A DNA stretch of 64,000 nucleotides from Octopus sinensis (taxonomy: Eukaryota). The stretch is from NCBI RefSeq assembly GCF_006345805.1, contig NC_042997.1, positions 133,052,001 through 133,116,000 of the forward strand. The letters are read 5' to 3'. A model generated the notes under the pieces. The model had not been told where the DNA came from. It did not search any database and saw only the letters and a program-made list of their open reading frames with translations. The translations under genes and the position numbers were made by a program. The stretch's first letter is position 1; every line of letters starts with the position of its first letter. This document shows, in pieces, positions 1 to 13,454 of the stretch.

Positions 1-221
1 AATCTTTTGCTTACAAATAACTCTCTAATGGTCAAGCAAAAACACTCGATATATTACTACTGTTCCCCCCTCGTTCTTTCCCTTTTTCTTTCTTTCTTTC
101 TTTTTTTCTTTCTTTCTTTCATTCTTTCTTTCTTTCTTTCTCTGCCTATATACAGATAATAATATGTAAGCAGAGAGAATATGTCTGTATATCTGGGTCT
201 GCCTGTGTGTGCGTACGTAAA

Positions 222-600
<379 letters not shown>

Positions 601-1061
601 AGAGATAATATTGCTCTTTGGTATGAAACTTCACAAATACAAATGACTACTTTCATGTTTTTTAACCTCAGGTAAGTCTATTACGTATATGAGAATATGT
701 GTGCATATGTATGTGTGCGTGTGTGTATGTGTATAAATTTATATGTATATATGTATACGTATATGTATACACGTCTGTATGTATGTGTGTGTGTGTGTGT
801 ATGAACGAATACATTGATAAAATGAGTGAGAGAGAGATGCATGCATACATACACACGCTCGTACACACTCGTGTGTGCGCAACAATTTGCAAAGTGTGAA
901 AAAAAACTCCTGATCCAATATAATGGACCTTCTTCGTTTATTCGATGCTATTTTCTTCCTTTTGCAGCTCTTCTGGGTTTCGTGCTCTCACTTTTGCGAC
1001 TGTGCTCCGTCACTGGTTCCTGCTACTTGGTTATAACCATACTGCAACATTGTAGCTTTAT

Positions 1062-1469
1062 CAGGGACATAGCTAGTGTGGGACTAGCAGGGCGCATACT
1101 CTGGACACCACTTTGAGTGGGGTGCAATTTTGGCCAAGATCTAATTTTCTAATTAAGCCATTTCTATGTGAGTTCCCACTTTTTGGTTGGAGCGGGGGTG
1201 CAATATTGGTCAAGATCATTTTCTAATTAAGCCATTTCTATGTGTGTTCCCACTTTTTGGTTGGAGCGGCGATGCAATTTTGGCCAAGATCATTTTCTAA
1301 TTAAGTCATTTCTATACGAGTTTCCAGTTTTTGGCGGGAGCGGCGATGCAATTTTGGCCAAGATAATTTTCTAATGAAGCCCTTTCTATACGAGTTTCCA
1401 GTTTTTGGCGGGAAGAGGGCGTAATTTTGATGCTTGCCCTGGGCACCATTTACCCTAGCTACGCCTCTG
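1062..1469. mobile_element. hAT-type MITE
   Basis: Imperfect TIRs CAGGGACATAGCTAG (1062-1076) and CTAGCTACGCCTCTG (1455-1469); 8-bp flanks AGCTTTAT/AGTTTTAT match 7/8 (hAT-length TSD). Confidence 0.8.
1124..1428. repeat. ~74-bp minisatellite, 4 units plus a partial, inside the MITE
   Basis: GCAATTTTGGCCAAG-like starts at 1124, 1200, 1274, 1348, 1421. Confidence 0.9.
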
Positions 1470-1504
1470 AGTTTTATATAAAACAGAAAAATTCAAAACA
1501 GGAA

Positions 1505-2097
1505 AGAGAAACAAATATAATAATTATTTCTACTCTAGGCACAAGGCCTTGAAAATTTTAGTGGGAAGGGACCTAGACGATTACATCAACTCCAACGCGT
1601 AATTCATCGACCCCGAAAGGATGAAAGGCAAAGTAGGCCTGGGAAGAATTTGGACTCAGAATGTAGCGGCAGAAGAAATACTATTTCTTTACTACCCACA
1701 AGGGGCTAAACACAGAGGGGACAAACAAGGACAGACAAACGGATTAAGTCGATTATATCGACCCCAGGACGTAACTGGTACTTATTCAATCGACCCCGAA
1801 AGGATGAAAGGCAAAGTCGACCTCGGCGGAATTTGAACTCAGAACGCAACGGCCGACAAAATACCCATTTCTTTATTACCCACAAGGGGCTAAACATAGA
1901 AGGGACAAACAAGGACAGACATAGGTATTAAGTCGATTACATCGACCCCAGTGCGTAACTGGTACTTAATTTATCGACCCCGAAAGGATGAAAGGTAAAG
2001 TCGACCTCGGCGGAATTTGAACTCACAACGTAACGGCAGGCGAAATACCGCTAAGCATTTCGCCCGACGTGCTAACGTTTCTACCAGCTCACTGCTT
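1505..2097 (-). mobile_element. tandem trimer of tRNA-derived SINE (family B)
   Basis: GACCCCGAAAGGATGAAAGG recurs at 1609, 1792, 1976; tRNA-like head (GAGTTCAAATTCC B-box on minus) complete only in the rightmost copy. Confidence 0.85.
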
Positions 2098-3214
2098 TAG
2101 ATATTATAATAATAATATAGTATTAATTAACCCATTTACTGTAAATGTTTCACTCATTAATCGTGATTTGTGCCTCTAATTAAATAATTCCAGCGTGACA
2201 AAGCTTCATACACATTATCGAATATATGCTGTTTAAATACAAGGACGACATTTCTCAGGAGGTATGCACGAAGCAAGCATTCGGTGACTGTAGTTGATGA
2301 TGACTCAGAAACACGTGATATCATTTATAGCTAACGCTGTTTCTCACATTTATTGTCTATAAAGTGAATTTCTCTACCGAGACATTTTCTGCAGCGATGG
2401 TCTTTCCATGTATGAGCGTACACGAACACGTTAAATATAGTTGTGCATATTTAAAGACAGTGGGGAGGAGTATCTCTTGATCTATAGATTCTTGGGTGCA
2501 TTAAGAAAGATTCCGTTTTCAGAGAGTTTTCCAGGAAATCAGTCTAGTGGACTTTGTCCCTCACCAAGCCATAACTACAGGGAAGTTCTAGAATTGTCTT
2601 CGTAGACAGTGGCGATTTGTTTCTGCTATGTGATGTATATTTGAATGTAAAGCGTCTTTTTCAAATGCACAACAATCTTGATTGCGGAATACGAACAGCC
2701 AACTCCTCAGTTGTCTGGATGCATAACCAACCATTCGAATCTCTGCACTATAATATGGAATACATAACAATGTTCTTTTATTTGTAGTTCAGCACTCCAA
2801 GTGTAATTCTGTATAACGTTCAAAACGTCCTATTTCATTTTCATGTTTTACAAGATTTTTCAAACATTGCTGTCAGAAAGGACGAAGAACAAAAACCAAA
2901 CATTATGTAGGCAATATCTAGAGCTAAAAAGCATGTATTTTTACAGTTAGTGACTTGTTTGAAAACTACGTGGTCAATGAAATGCAAAAATACATTTGAA
3001 ACAAGTATACTTAAAAAATCATTGGTACTTTTGAATTACTGATAATTTTAGGAATTTTATGGGATTCCTATATCTTACATAAAGTTGATACACTGTAGAA
3101 AGCCAGAAAGTTGCGGTATTCCTCTCGAGACAGCATTTCGTGTTGGTGTATAGTGCTAAAAAACACAGAAGCATTTCAGCAGCCGAGGAAAAGCCTCCAG
3201 CAGCGGCGGTGGAA

Positions 3215-3259
3215 TTGCTAAATCTAGTTTTCTGCTTCCCTCTGCGTCATCAGCAGCAA
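3215..3259 (-). ncRNA. degenerate type-I hammerhead-like motif
   Basis: Minus strand: TTGCTG CTGATGA cgcagagggaagca GAAA actaga T T TAGCAA; 6-bp stem I in register, weak stems II and III. Confidence 0.35.
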
Positions 3260-3539
3260 GTATTCACAAGCCACCGCATACTTAGACAAATTTAGCTACA
3301 ACCGATATAGAAAAGCAGTGATAAAAAAATCACGGGTGTTGCAAATAACCGGTAGGCTGGGTCACAGTTAGTTATTACTTATTGAAGCAGTATTAGCTCA
3401 AAATAATTTTTTGCATATATTACAAATACTTCTGAATTACAATTTTTATTGAGCACTTTCTACGCATTTGTGATTAAAAAATCTTATTATGAGTAGCGTG
3501 TAAACCAGTTTATTACTTGCACTTTCTTTTATTCTCTTT

Positions 3540-3750
3540 CTTTTATTTTATTTCAGTCATTTGAGTGCAGCCATGCTGGAGCACCGCCTTGAAGGGTTTT
3601 AGTCGAAGAAATCGGACCCAGAACTTATTTTTTAAAGCCTGGTACTTATCCTATCGGTCTTTCTTTGCCGAACAATTAAGTTACCGATTGTCAAGCGGTG
3701 CGGGATGGAGGACAAGCACATACACACAGACAAAAACACACACAAAGATA
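3540..3750 (-). mobile_element. SINE family A, 3' half
   Basis: TTTCAGTCATTTGA..GCCATGCTGGAGCACCGCC matches the full copies at 5737 and 60089. Confidence 0.85.
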
Positions 3751-3760
3751 TGAATATATA

Positions 3761-4677
3761 TAGAGTGATTGAAAAGTAACTCACTATTTTAAAATGCTTA
3801 TAATTTATTTATTAACTATAATTTTTTTTAGAAAAATGAATATGTGAAGAAAGCGTATAGCATGGAGTTTTATCTAAAATTCGATATAGGCACCATCATT
3901 CGCCACCAGCTTCTCAAGCAGACCGGGAACCGCATCAACTGATTTCATCAGAAACTCTTTTGGGATGGAAGATATAACTTCTCGTATTCGCCTTTTAAGT
4001 TCTTCCAAAGTCGTTGGTTTGGTAGAGTAGACTTGCAGCTTTAACCAACCCCAAAGAAAAAAGTCGCAATGTGTTAAATCAGGGCTTCTAGTCTGCCAAC
4101 CATGCAGACCTCGATGACACATCCGTCTCCCAGGGAAGTGGACATTCAGCCATTCACGAACAACAATAGCAAAATGTGGAGGAGCACCATCTTGCATAAA
4201 AATCAAAATCTTCAATGTTCTCCCAAGTACTAATAATTGGCCAGATTTCATCTTGTAGCATGGTGAGGTACCTTTCAGCATTGATGGTGTTGCAAAAGAG
4301 GAAAGGACTCATAATCTTGTCCGAAGTCATTCCACACCATACAGTTACCTTGGGCCGATTCAGCATGTTTTTTTTCCATAGGCAGTACGAGGATCTTCTC
4401 CTGCCCAGTAGGAGCAGTTGTGGCGGGCCACAAACCCACCGATGTCGAATACCGCTTCATCACTTCAAAGGATATTTTCAATGAGATCAGACCATTCTTC
4501 ATCACCTCCCCCAAACTCCAAAATAATCGATCTGAAAATTAAAAAAAATTGAAAACAGGAACATAGAATCAATCTCCATACATTAAAGAACATACACAAC
4601 ACATTTGAAAAAAAATTATATTAAAATAAGTAAATGATAAGTATTTTAAAATAGGGAGTTACTTTTCAATCACCCTG
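3761..4677 (-). mobile_element. Tc1/mariner-superfamily DD41D (rosa/Visitor-type) transposon, internally deleted and frameshifted
   Basis: ~60-bp TIRs (TAGAGTGATTGAAAAGTAACTC / GAGTTACTTTTCAATCACCCTG); minus-strand motifs SDEAVFDIGG, KVTVWCG, QDGAPPH and SPDLTHCDFFLWG, with 41 residues between the 2nd and 3rd Asp. Confidence 0.9.
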
Positions 4678-4681
4678 GACA

Positions 4682-4783
<102 letters not shown>

Positions 4784-4785
4784 CA

Positions 4786-4825
<40 letters not shown>

Positions 4826-4866
4826 ACTCTATCTCTCTCTCCCTCTCTCTTTCTTCCTCTCTCTTC

Positions 4867-4946
<80 letters not shown>

Positions 4947-4965
4947 TAATACACACATACATGTT

Positions 4966-5069
4966 GGGCTTCTTTCAGTTTCCAGCTACCAGATACACTC
5001 AAAAGGCTTTGGTCGGTACGAGGCTATAGTAGAAGTCACTAGCTCAAGCTTCTTACCACACAGCCATGC
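4966..5069 (-). mobile_element. SINE family A fragment
   Basis: GGCTTTGGTCGG..GGCTATAGTAGAAG and CTTACCACACAGCC motifs. Confidence 0.7.
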
Positions 5070-5736
5070 TAGCAAACACATTAGAAAAGAAAAAGAAAAG
5101 AAAAAAGAATGGAAAAATAAAGATAAATCTTTGTCAGAATTAGAATACGAGTAGGACATGGTGTTACCAATAAGCAAAAAACATGATTGATGTACTGACA
5201 TCCAAGACGATTTAAAAAAAAATTAATTTAGCAGTGGGCACTAATACATGCAAACATCTAAAAAGATATAATGAAAACAAAGAGATAGATAATAAACAAA
5301 TGTATAAACAATAAAAATGATCTATTTATGCTTTTAAAACTAACGACAGATGACACATGTAAACGCAATTTGAGGAAAGGGAGCTCTGATGACGAAACTG
5401 TCAGTTATAGGTATATGTTGCAAGAAATTGTTGTTGTTATTTAAGTGATTTATATCATCGTGAATCTGTTACGATTATACTTCATGAAAATAATCATTAA
5501 ATTTCAATTGTTCATATACTTATTGTCAGAATATATAATGAAAGCCCTTACTGATAAAACAAGTATAAATACTTGAAGAGCTGCTGATAAGCTAAAGTGA
5601 AGTAGCTATTGAAGATTGTTTCCTTTCATTTACGTTCATAGATAAATCAATTATACATATATACATACATAAGTAGATACACATACACACGCGCCCACAC
5701 ATACACACACATACATACATAATACATACATATATG

Positions 5737-5936
5737 CTCTTTACTTGTTTCAGTCATTTGACCGCGGCCATGCTGGAGCACTGCCTTTAGTCAAGCAAAA
5801 CGACCCCGGAACTTATTATTTGTAAGTCCAGTACTCATTCTATCGGTCTCGTTTGCCGAACCGCTAAGTCACGGGGACGTAAACACACCAGCATCAGTTG
5901 TCAAGTAATGCTAGGGGGACAAACACAAACACGCAA

Positions 5937-5994
<58 letters not shown>

Positions 5995-6173
5995 TTATAT
6001 ATACATATATACGATGGGCTTCTTTGAGTTTCCGTCTACAAAATCCACACACAAGGCTTTGGTCGGCCTGAAGCTATAGTAGAAGACTTGCCCAAGATGC
6101 CACGCTGTGGGACTGAACCCGAAACCATGTGGCTGGTAAGCAAGCTACTTACCACACAGCCGCTCCTGCGCCT
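5737..6173 (-). mobile_element. SINE family A, full length (tRNA-derived, octopus-like)
   Basis: Minus head AGGCGCAGGAGCGGCTGTGTGGTAAG with GGTTCAGTCCC B-box, central microsatellite, 3' tail AAATGACTGAAACAAGTAAAAGAG. Confidence 0.92.
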
Positions 6174-6199
6174 ATACATACAAATAAAAGAAATAAAGC

Positions 6200-6790
6200 A
6201 ATTAGATGAACACAAAAGGAAAATCACAAATTGGCCCGAAAACTCTATATCTCAGTAGGAAAGGCCATACCACTAAGGTAGCGAATGCTCCTCCCCAGGA
6301 AAACCTAGAGACATTCTGGCGGGATTCTGGAGTAAGCAAAGGACACAATCGCGATGCAGTTTGGCTTGACGAACTACGAAGTGACTACTGTGTAAATGTT
6401 TTCCTAGAAATAAATAACATCACCACTGGAATCTTCCTGATACCTATCGCGAAACTACAGAATGGAAAATCACCTGGGAAGACCTGACAATAGGATATTG
6501 GTAAAAGAAGCTCACATGCAACAGGAAAATTCTCAGGACCCTTTTATAAAAATCATGGAAACTGAGCACGATAGCCCAGATTGGTTTAATGTTTGCACGT
6601 ACTACTCTTATCCGCAAGAACAAAGTGATCCACGTGGCCAAAACCTGCATGATTAAATAGCATGCACAAACAATAAAGAGGTTGTTTGGATGTGTTTCTC
6701 AAAGACAATTGACCAAAAAATGGTTTGATAACTGATAAACAGGTCAGAGGGAAGAAAAGAGTAGGCGGCTGTGTCGAATTGCCCATCATA
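6200..6790 (+). pseudogene. R4/Dong-like (REL) LINE relic, pre-RT and early RT region
   Basis: Fragments ETFWRD..HNRDAVWL, KLQNGKSPG, PDW and DKQVRGKKRVGGCVELPII resemble FWxxIW..HNxxAxWL, NWKSPGPD and EQxG..GCKDQLLI; frameshifted. Confidence 0.7.
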
Positions 6791-6988
6791 CATACATACA
6801 TGCATGCATACATACATACATACATACATACATACATACATACATACATACATACATACATACATAAATACATAAATACATACATACATACAATTTTCTG
6901 TGCTAACTACATCCCAAAGATAGAGCCTTGTATCTTTGTTGGAAAGTGACTCCCTCCTCAGTGGAAGATTTATAATAATTAATAATAG

Positions 6989-7021
<33 letters not shown>

Positions 7022-7250
7022 CGTACGAACGTACGTACATACATACATACATACATACTACATACATACATACATACATACATACATACATACATACATA
7101 CATACATACATAAATACATACATACATACAATTTTTCTGTGCTAACTACATCCCAAAGATGGAGCCTGGTATCTTTGTTGGAAAGTGACTCCCTCCTCAG
7201 TGGAAGATTTATAATAATTAATAATAGACATACATACATACATACATACA

Positions 7251-7284
<34 letters not shown>

Positions 7285-7369
7285 CATACATACATACATA
7301 CATATATACGTACGTACATACATACATACATACATACTACATACATACATACATACATACATACATACA

Positions 7370-7402
<33 letters not shown>

Positions 7403-7420
7403 GCGTACATGCTTACATAC
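6790..7420. repeat. (TACA)n tract containing a duplicated ~100-bp unique insert (6891-6990, 7129-7229)
   Basis: Near-identical copies of CAATTTTCTGTGCTAACTACATCCC...AATAATAGAC, period ~239. Confidence 0.9.
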
Positions 7421-7742
7421 ATGCATGCCCGCTTACAATGCAAACCCTTAATTCATACTTTACAAATAATCAAGATACCAGGGGTTATAAAAATCTGCTA
7501 GATCTTAATAATTAAAGGAAGATGGTTAAAACAATATGCTTTCCTTCACAACTTTGCTGCCAAGCAGGTGAGCTGTCGGAATTTACTCTAAATTAATTTG
7601 AAAGAGAGAGAGAGAGAATACGTAGGTAGGTAGGTACCTATCTACCTACCTACATACATACATACATATATACAAACATGCATGCATACATACATACATA
7701 CATACATACATACATACATACATACATACATACATACATACA

Positions 7743-7774
<32 letters not shown>

Positions 7775-9076
7775 AAATTCAATTATCAAATCTACGGCTA
7801 TGCCATAATCGTACTCACTTTCGCAAAGCAGCGCAGATTGCTCCAAGTCCCAAAACAGCGCTAATAACATAACATAATCCCGTAGAGTACATACTCACGT
7901 TTCTGGCAAAAACAGGTTCACTGAAAGATTTTGAAACATAATTAACGTTTGTACCAAAAATGATATATTTCTCTCCGTTATTCTCTATCTCCTTTAAAAT
8001 TCTTCCATCGTTCATCTATTCTGATACTGTCTACCACACATAATTCAGTCTTATATGCATTAAGAATCATTTGATGTCCAATCTCAGCTGCTTTTGTATT
8101 TCTCCGTGTGTTCATTTACCAGAGCGAAACTAAGTATCTGTAATCTCGTAAATGGCTTCTGTATACACACGCATTTATTCATAATTAGATAATTTAACAT
8201 GTATGTATGTATGTATGTATGTATGTATGTATGTATGTATGTATGTATGTATGTATGTATGTATGTATGTATGTATTTATCCACATACACATACAGACAT
8301 ATATACAGGTTTATATTTATATGTATGCACACACACATACACAAGCAAGTGTATTAGTTTGATGCTCGGGAAAATGAAAAGTCTTTTATGTTTCGAGCCT
8401 ATGCTCTTCAACAGAAAGGAATAAGAGTAAATAAACAGAGAGAGAGAATGAAAAAGCTTGTATATATATATATATATATATATATAATAAATGTAAATAT
8501 GGTTTCTTCTTTTTGCTTGGACAATAGCTTTTAACTATAGCTTTCCCTTATCTGAAAAGTAATTTTTAATGAAGACAATTTCTAAACGATGAAATTTTAT
8601 CTTACCTTATATTTAATATTACTTATTTATTGCTTCCTATATTATGTATTTTCATATATTTTTATATATCTATATATTTATATATTACTTTATATTTTTT
8701 ACGTAATTTATTATCTAGGTGTTGTAATGTTTTAAAATATATATATATATTTCTTAATCGCTAAGGTAATTACTTTTAACCGTGATGACTGTATTCACAC
8801 ATTTTTCTTGCATTTTTCTTATATGCTGTACTGATGAGTTATGTTCATCTTCCGTGATGTTATACATGTATATTCTATGTGGAAAGAAAAAGCATTGATG
8901 TGATTAATGTTCGAGATATGAAAAGTTACGGTGGTGACCTTGTATTTGTTTGTTCTGCACCCATAGTTTAATATATTTGTCTCATTTAATTGAGCACTTC
9001 TATAGCAGTCCTATTAAACATTTTGTTCCTGATAAGAAACAATCACTGTATTGATAGATATATATATATCTATATA

Positions 9077-9458
9077 TCTTATATAAAATCTGTTCAGTCT
9101 GTCTGTGTGTGTCTTCTAGGATCTCGGGCATCCTCCATCTGATTGCACTCAAATTTGATATGTAGATACCGACGATATCGGGGCGTGTATAAGTCTTGAA
9201 AAAATTACAAAAATCGATACTAGGTGAGAATGCGATCGATAAAACCGCCAGAACGTGCATTTGTACGCGCAAGTACATCAGCTGTTGTGATCGATACTAC
9301 GCGTACGCGAGCAAAATGCACATGCAGTTTGTCCAAAAAAAAGCCGGCTTGCTTGGTGTCTCAAATTTAGGTTAAATCAGCGTAAGTTGTTTTGAGAAAA
9401 TTTGGTTTAAATGTCTGACAACTCAGCACCGTCCATTGGACGGGGGGCGTTTTGCTCG
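9077..9458 (+). mobile_element. non-autonomous Helitron-like (DINE-1/Lep1-style) element
   Basis: 5' TC..TATAAAATC, GTCTGTCTGT tract, 3' hairpin CCGTCCA-T-TGGACGG then CTCG, inserted between A and T; second copy at 45332-45881. Confidence 0.7.
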
Positions 9459-9690
9459 TATATATATATAGAGAGAGAGATTCAGATGAATATGGTACTT
9501 AAGTTGAGGCACCAGAATTTAGTACGGTATTATCAATACAATTTCAAAATAAGGTGATTAAAATCAAAATAAGCAACAAGGATATCCAGCGGTAATGCAG
9601 TACGATCGTCTCATGAAGCGATCGTACGGCATTACCTCTGCATATCATTGTTGCTTATTTTGATATGTGTGTGTGTGTGTGTGTGTGTAT

Positions 9691-9802
9691 CTTTTATCCT
9701 TTATCTTTTACTTGTTTCAGTCATAAGACTGCGGCCATACTCGTGTTCCGCCTTGAAGAATTTTTATTCAAATGAATCGACTCCAGTACTTATTTTTAAG
9801 CC
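9691..9802 (-). mobile_element. SINE family A 3' fragment
   Basis: TACTTGTTTCAGTCAT..GACTGCGGCCAT. Confidence 0.75.
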
Positions 9803-9994
9803 ACTTTAGTACTTTAGTAGTTTTAGCGTTAATTCAACCCATATTTTTAGCAAATCATTACCTTCCGTCATGCTAGTCATTACCTTCCATCACTTTTGTA
9901 ACCTCTATTAATTTTGCCTTTATCTTCTCATTACTAATAAGCCACCTTTTTAATTTGTTGATTACACTTTTACACAGCTGAAAATCAACATTTT

Positions 9995-10897
9995 TTAACG
10001 GTTTTTCTTATTATAAGATTGACGAAGAAAGTTGAGTTTAACTCTAGGCATTAAGAGCCGCTGAAGAGAATTAAGTTGGTTGCTACTTTCTGCTTCTATT
10101 TCTTTTTCTTCTTCTTCCCTCTCCTCCTCTTCTTCTTTTTCTCGGGGCGGGTAGCACTCCGCACGTATATGCCCCAACTTCCCGCAGTTAAAACACCGCG
10201 GTTTACGGCCTTCCACAAACACGATAAAGTTTTCTTCCCCTAATTCAATTGTTTCTGGGATTTCTTCCAGTGTTTGCGGTTTCTTTTGTATTATCATATT
10301 TAACGTCTGGCCTTGCCAGTTTTGCTTCTCTGTGACCGACGCTGGGAGGAGCGTGATCTTCTCCAAATACATCGTCACAGTCACCACCAACCAAGCGGCG
10401 TCAACTTCTGATGGGATTTTTGAAATTCGTACTTTCGAGGTCCACCTCCCTATATACATTGGGAGAAGGATTACCTCTTCTGTTTTAAGAGTTTCGATGG
10501 AATATTTCAGTGCTTTTTCCTCGCTCACTATTCTTACTTCAACAGTACCAAATTTTTTAACTCTTGATATATACTCAATATCTTTCCATATTGTTTGCAA
10601 GCATTTCTCAATAGTTTCTTCTTGCATTCTGTCAAATCTTTTGTTCTTCAGATTAAACGTCGTATATACTATTGCCTTTCTCTTTTCTTCTTCCATTAAT
10701 GTTTCCGGTGGTAAAATTTTCACTTCAGTTACTTCTTTTTTAGCGTTTGTTTGTATTTTACTAGTTCGTTTTTTTTTTCGTTGATATCTTCTCTATTTTT
10801 TCTCCTGCTGCAACCGAAAATCTTTTCTTTTCTGTAGACCGACGCCAGAGATGAAGCTGCCTGTCGTTGTTCCCTTCATCCTTGTCTTCCATACCAT
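9995..10897 (-). pseudogene. retroelement gag/ORF1-like protein with CCHC zinc knuckle, one in-frame TAG
   Basis: ORF 9995-10723 contains EGRKPRCFNCGKLGHIRAEC; the same frame extends to ATG at 10897, interrupted only by TAG at 10793-10795. Confidence 0.8.
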
Positions 10898-11150
10898 TTT
10901 AAATGTTGCATTTTGTACATAATAAATGCTTTTGCAAATCCGCTTAATTTCAGGGCGTTGTATAAAACGGTGTATGTTGTTTAAAGATATCTTCGTTAGC
11001 CGATAAGTTTGACAGCCTAATAGAGATAGCTACCAAGATGCTATTAATAGTTGAGTAGGGATGGTTCGAGAATACATTCATATATTGAAGGGTTTGGTTC
11101 GGTTTTGTATACGGATAGTAGAGTCCGGTACATATATATATATATATATA

Positions 11151-11286
11151 TACGACGGGCTTCTTTGAGTTTCCGTCTACCAAATCCACTCACAAGGCAT
11201 TGGTCGACTCGGGGTTATAATAGAAGACGCATACCCAAGATGCCACGCAGTGGGACTGAACTCAGGACTATGTGGCAAGGAAGCAA
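11151..11286 (-). mobile_element. SINE family A head fragment
   Basis: ACGACGGGCTTC..CCAAATCCACTCACAAGG..GCCACGCAGTGGGACTGAAC. Confidence 0.8.
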
Positions 11287-11350
11287 TACATATATACTAT
11301 ATATAATATGGATATACATATATATATACATACAAACATACATGCATACA

Positions 11351-11402
<52 letters not shown>

Positions 11403-11467
11403 ATATATATATATGTGGATACATACATATATATGTATGCATGTATGTATGTATATATATATTTATG

Positions 11468-11534
<67 letters not shown>

Positions 11535-12229
11535 GCTATATATATATGTATGTACACACACATACATAAACTCTTAGCTTGAAATGTTAACTAACCCCAA
11601 ATATGCACTTAGTATGTTATATATGGAAATTCCAGGCCTCATACTTTTGAATTTCTTCCCGATTCCATCTTTGAGGCTTTTTCCATTCAAATCTTTCCCA
11701 AGAGTGTTAACTGTGGACTCTTGTTTAATAATGACCCCAGTGAAGATCTACAAAGTTGAAGGGAAAATCAGATAGGAATAGAAGATATCTAAGAAAACCA
11801 ACTTGAAACATCCACATCCTAAAACTTTAGCAGTCAAGCATTTAACTGTGAAATAGGAAACACAGCGGCAAAATATTTGCATGACGTAAAAGTTTGTACG
11901 CGCGCTCATGTGAGTTAGGGGTAGGGATATATTTATGTAAGTACTTAAAAGTATACATGCATATATATATATATATATATATACGTATATACAAGTTATA
12001 CAAGTGTGCGCGCGCGTATGCATATAGATGCATACAAACACCCACATAAACAAATATATATACATACTTACACACACACATATATAAATAAGTGTGTAGA
12101 TGCATATATGCATTTGCGTGTGCGTTTGTACATATATATATGTGTATATATACGTGTGTATACACACACACACACATACATATTTATGCATGTATATATG
12201 CATACGTGTGCCTAATGCCGTGCATCTAA

Positions 12230-12900
12230 CACAGTGGTACTAGTCACTCTGTGGCTGTGAACCGAAGTAAGAAGCAACAGAGGTTGTGAATCTTCTCTGT
12301 CAGTACTTAGCGACTCCATCATTAAAGCCCTGTCCAGGTTTCCCCGCTGTGATGCGCAGTAATCGCTTGCTTTGGACTAGCAATAACTCCCAGAAATTCT
12401 GTGTGCACGCCGCCACTGATATTTATCAACCACATCTCACTTGCTTCGTGGGTGCATTTAAGAGCAGAAAGGTTAAGGGAGCAATCCCTGAGAGAACAAG
12501 ATGCGGAGCTTAGTTGCAAGGGAGTTCTTCGAAGAATTGATTTCTATATTCTTCAGCTGCCTGGTGCGGTTAACAGTCGTCTTTCTAATGGATCTTTTAC
12601 CTTCACAGCTAAAATACAGATAGAAAATTGCCCTCATCTCTTAATAACACTACAAGTTTTCACTGCATTTATATCATCAGCTATAACATGGATCTTTGGA
12701 TTTGGATCTTTAAAAGTGCCTCATGCATTGGAGAGCCTGGCAATAGGAGAAATTGTAAATGTGATGAAAGTTCCTCGTCAGAACGCTACACATCTTCAGT
12801 TCAGAGCGAACATTGTTAGCATGTAAGCCTGATTGGATTTTTTGCCTACTACCTGCAGTGTACCACTCTGCTCAAATGAGTGGTGAAAAGCCAAGAAAAT
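12230..12900 (-). pseudogene. degenerate APE endonuclease region of an RTE-like LINE
   Basis: Minus fragments PHQAAEEYRNQFFEEL, HSGETWT and SVHSHRV resemble YAPT..AEE..FYEEL, GKxWT and SDHRxV; many stops. Confidence 0.5.
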
Positions 12901-13354
12901 CTGGCCATAATTCGTTCTCTAACTTCATTTCCTGATCATAAAATACACTCCCCAGGACATTGCACACAGCGGTTGAAAAAGTAACGAACATATTCTAATC
13001 AGGCTAATCTCATGGAATCTATAGAGACCACTTTATATCAGTAACTCGTATAATACTCATAGCCTGCGAGAAAGTCGATACACGTTAGTTATTGAAACAC
13101 CCAGTGAGGCCAGGTTACTTGGAGAAGTTTTTTTCTAAAGGAGTCGGTGAGGCCTGTGCCTTATTCTGAAAGATGTTGTCTGATAGTTATACTATCAGAC
13201 TACTGATCTTATTACATGACTTAAACTAAATAATAAGAATTTGTTCATCATCCAATAACAATTTAGCTTTTGTAGGGCTTATAACTGTCTTGACATATTC
13301 AACTGCTGCAACTGAACTAACGGAAGGCCTGAAAAACTTTGAGTGAAGGGGATC

Positions 13355-13454
13355 NNNNNNNNNNNNNNNNNNNNNNNNNNNNNNNNNNNNNNNNNNNNNN
13401 NNNNNNNNNNNNNNNNNNNNNNNNNNNNNNNNNNNNNNNNNNNNNNNNNNNNNN
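13355..13454. other. assembly gap (100 N)
   Basis: N run. Confidence 1.

Noticed and set aside
8825-8935. CTGATGAG at 8831 as a hammerhead
   Set aside because: A stem I partner (TACGGT) exists, but there is no stem II or III in register.
12650-12790. CUGAUGA/CUGACGA hits on minus inside the APE relic
   Set aside because: No paired stems; chance matches in coding-derived sequence.
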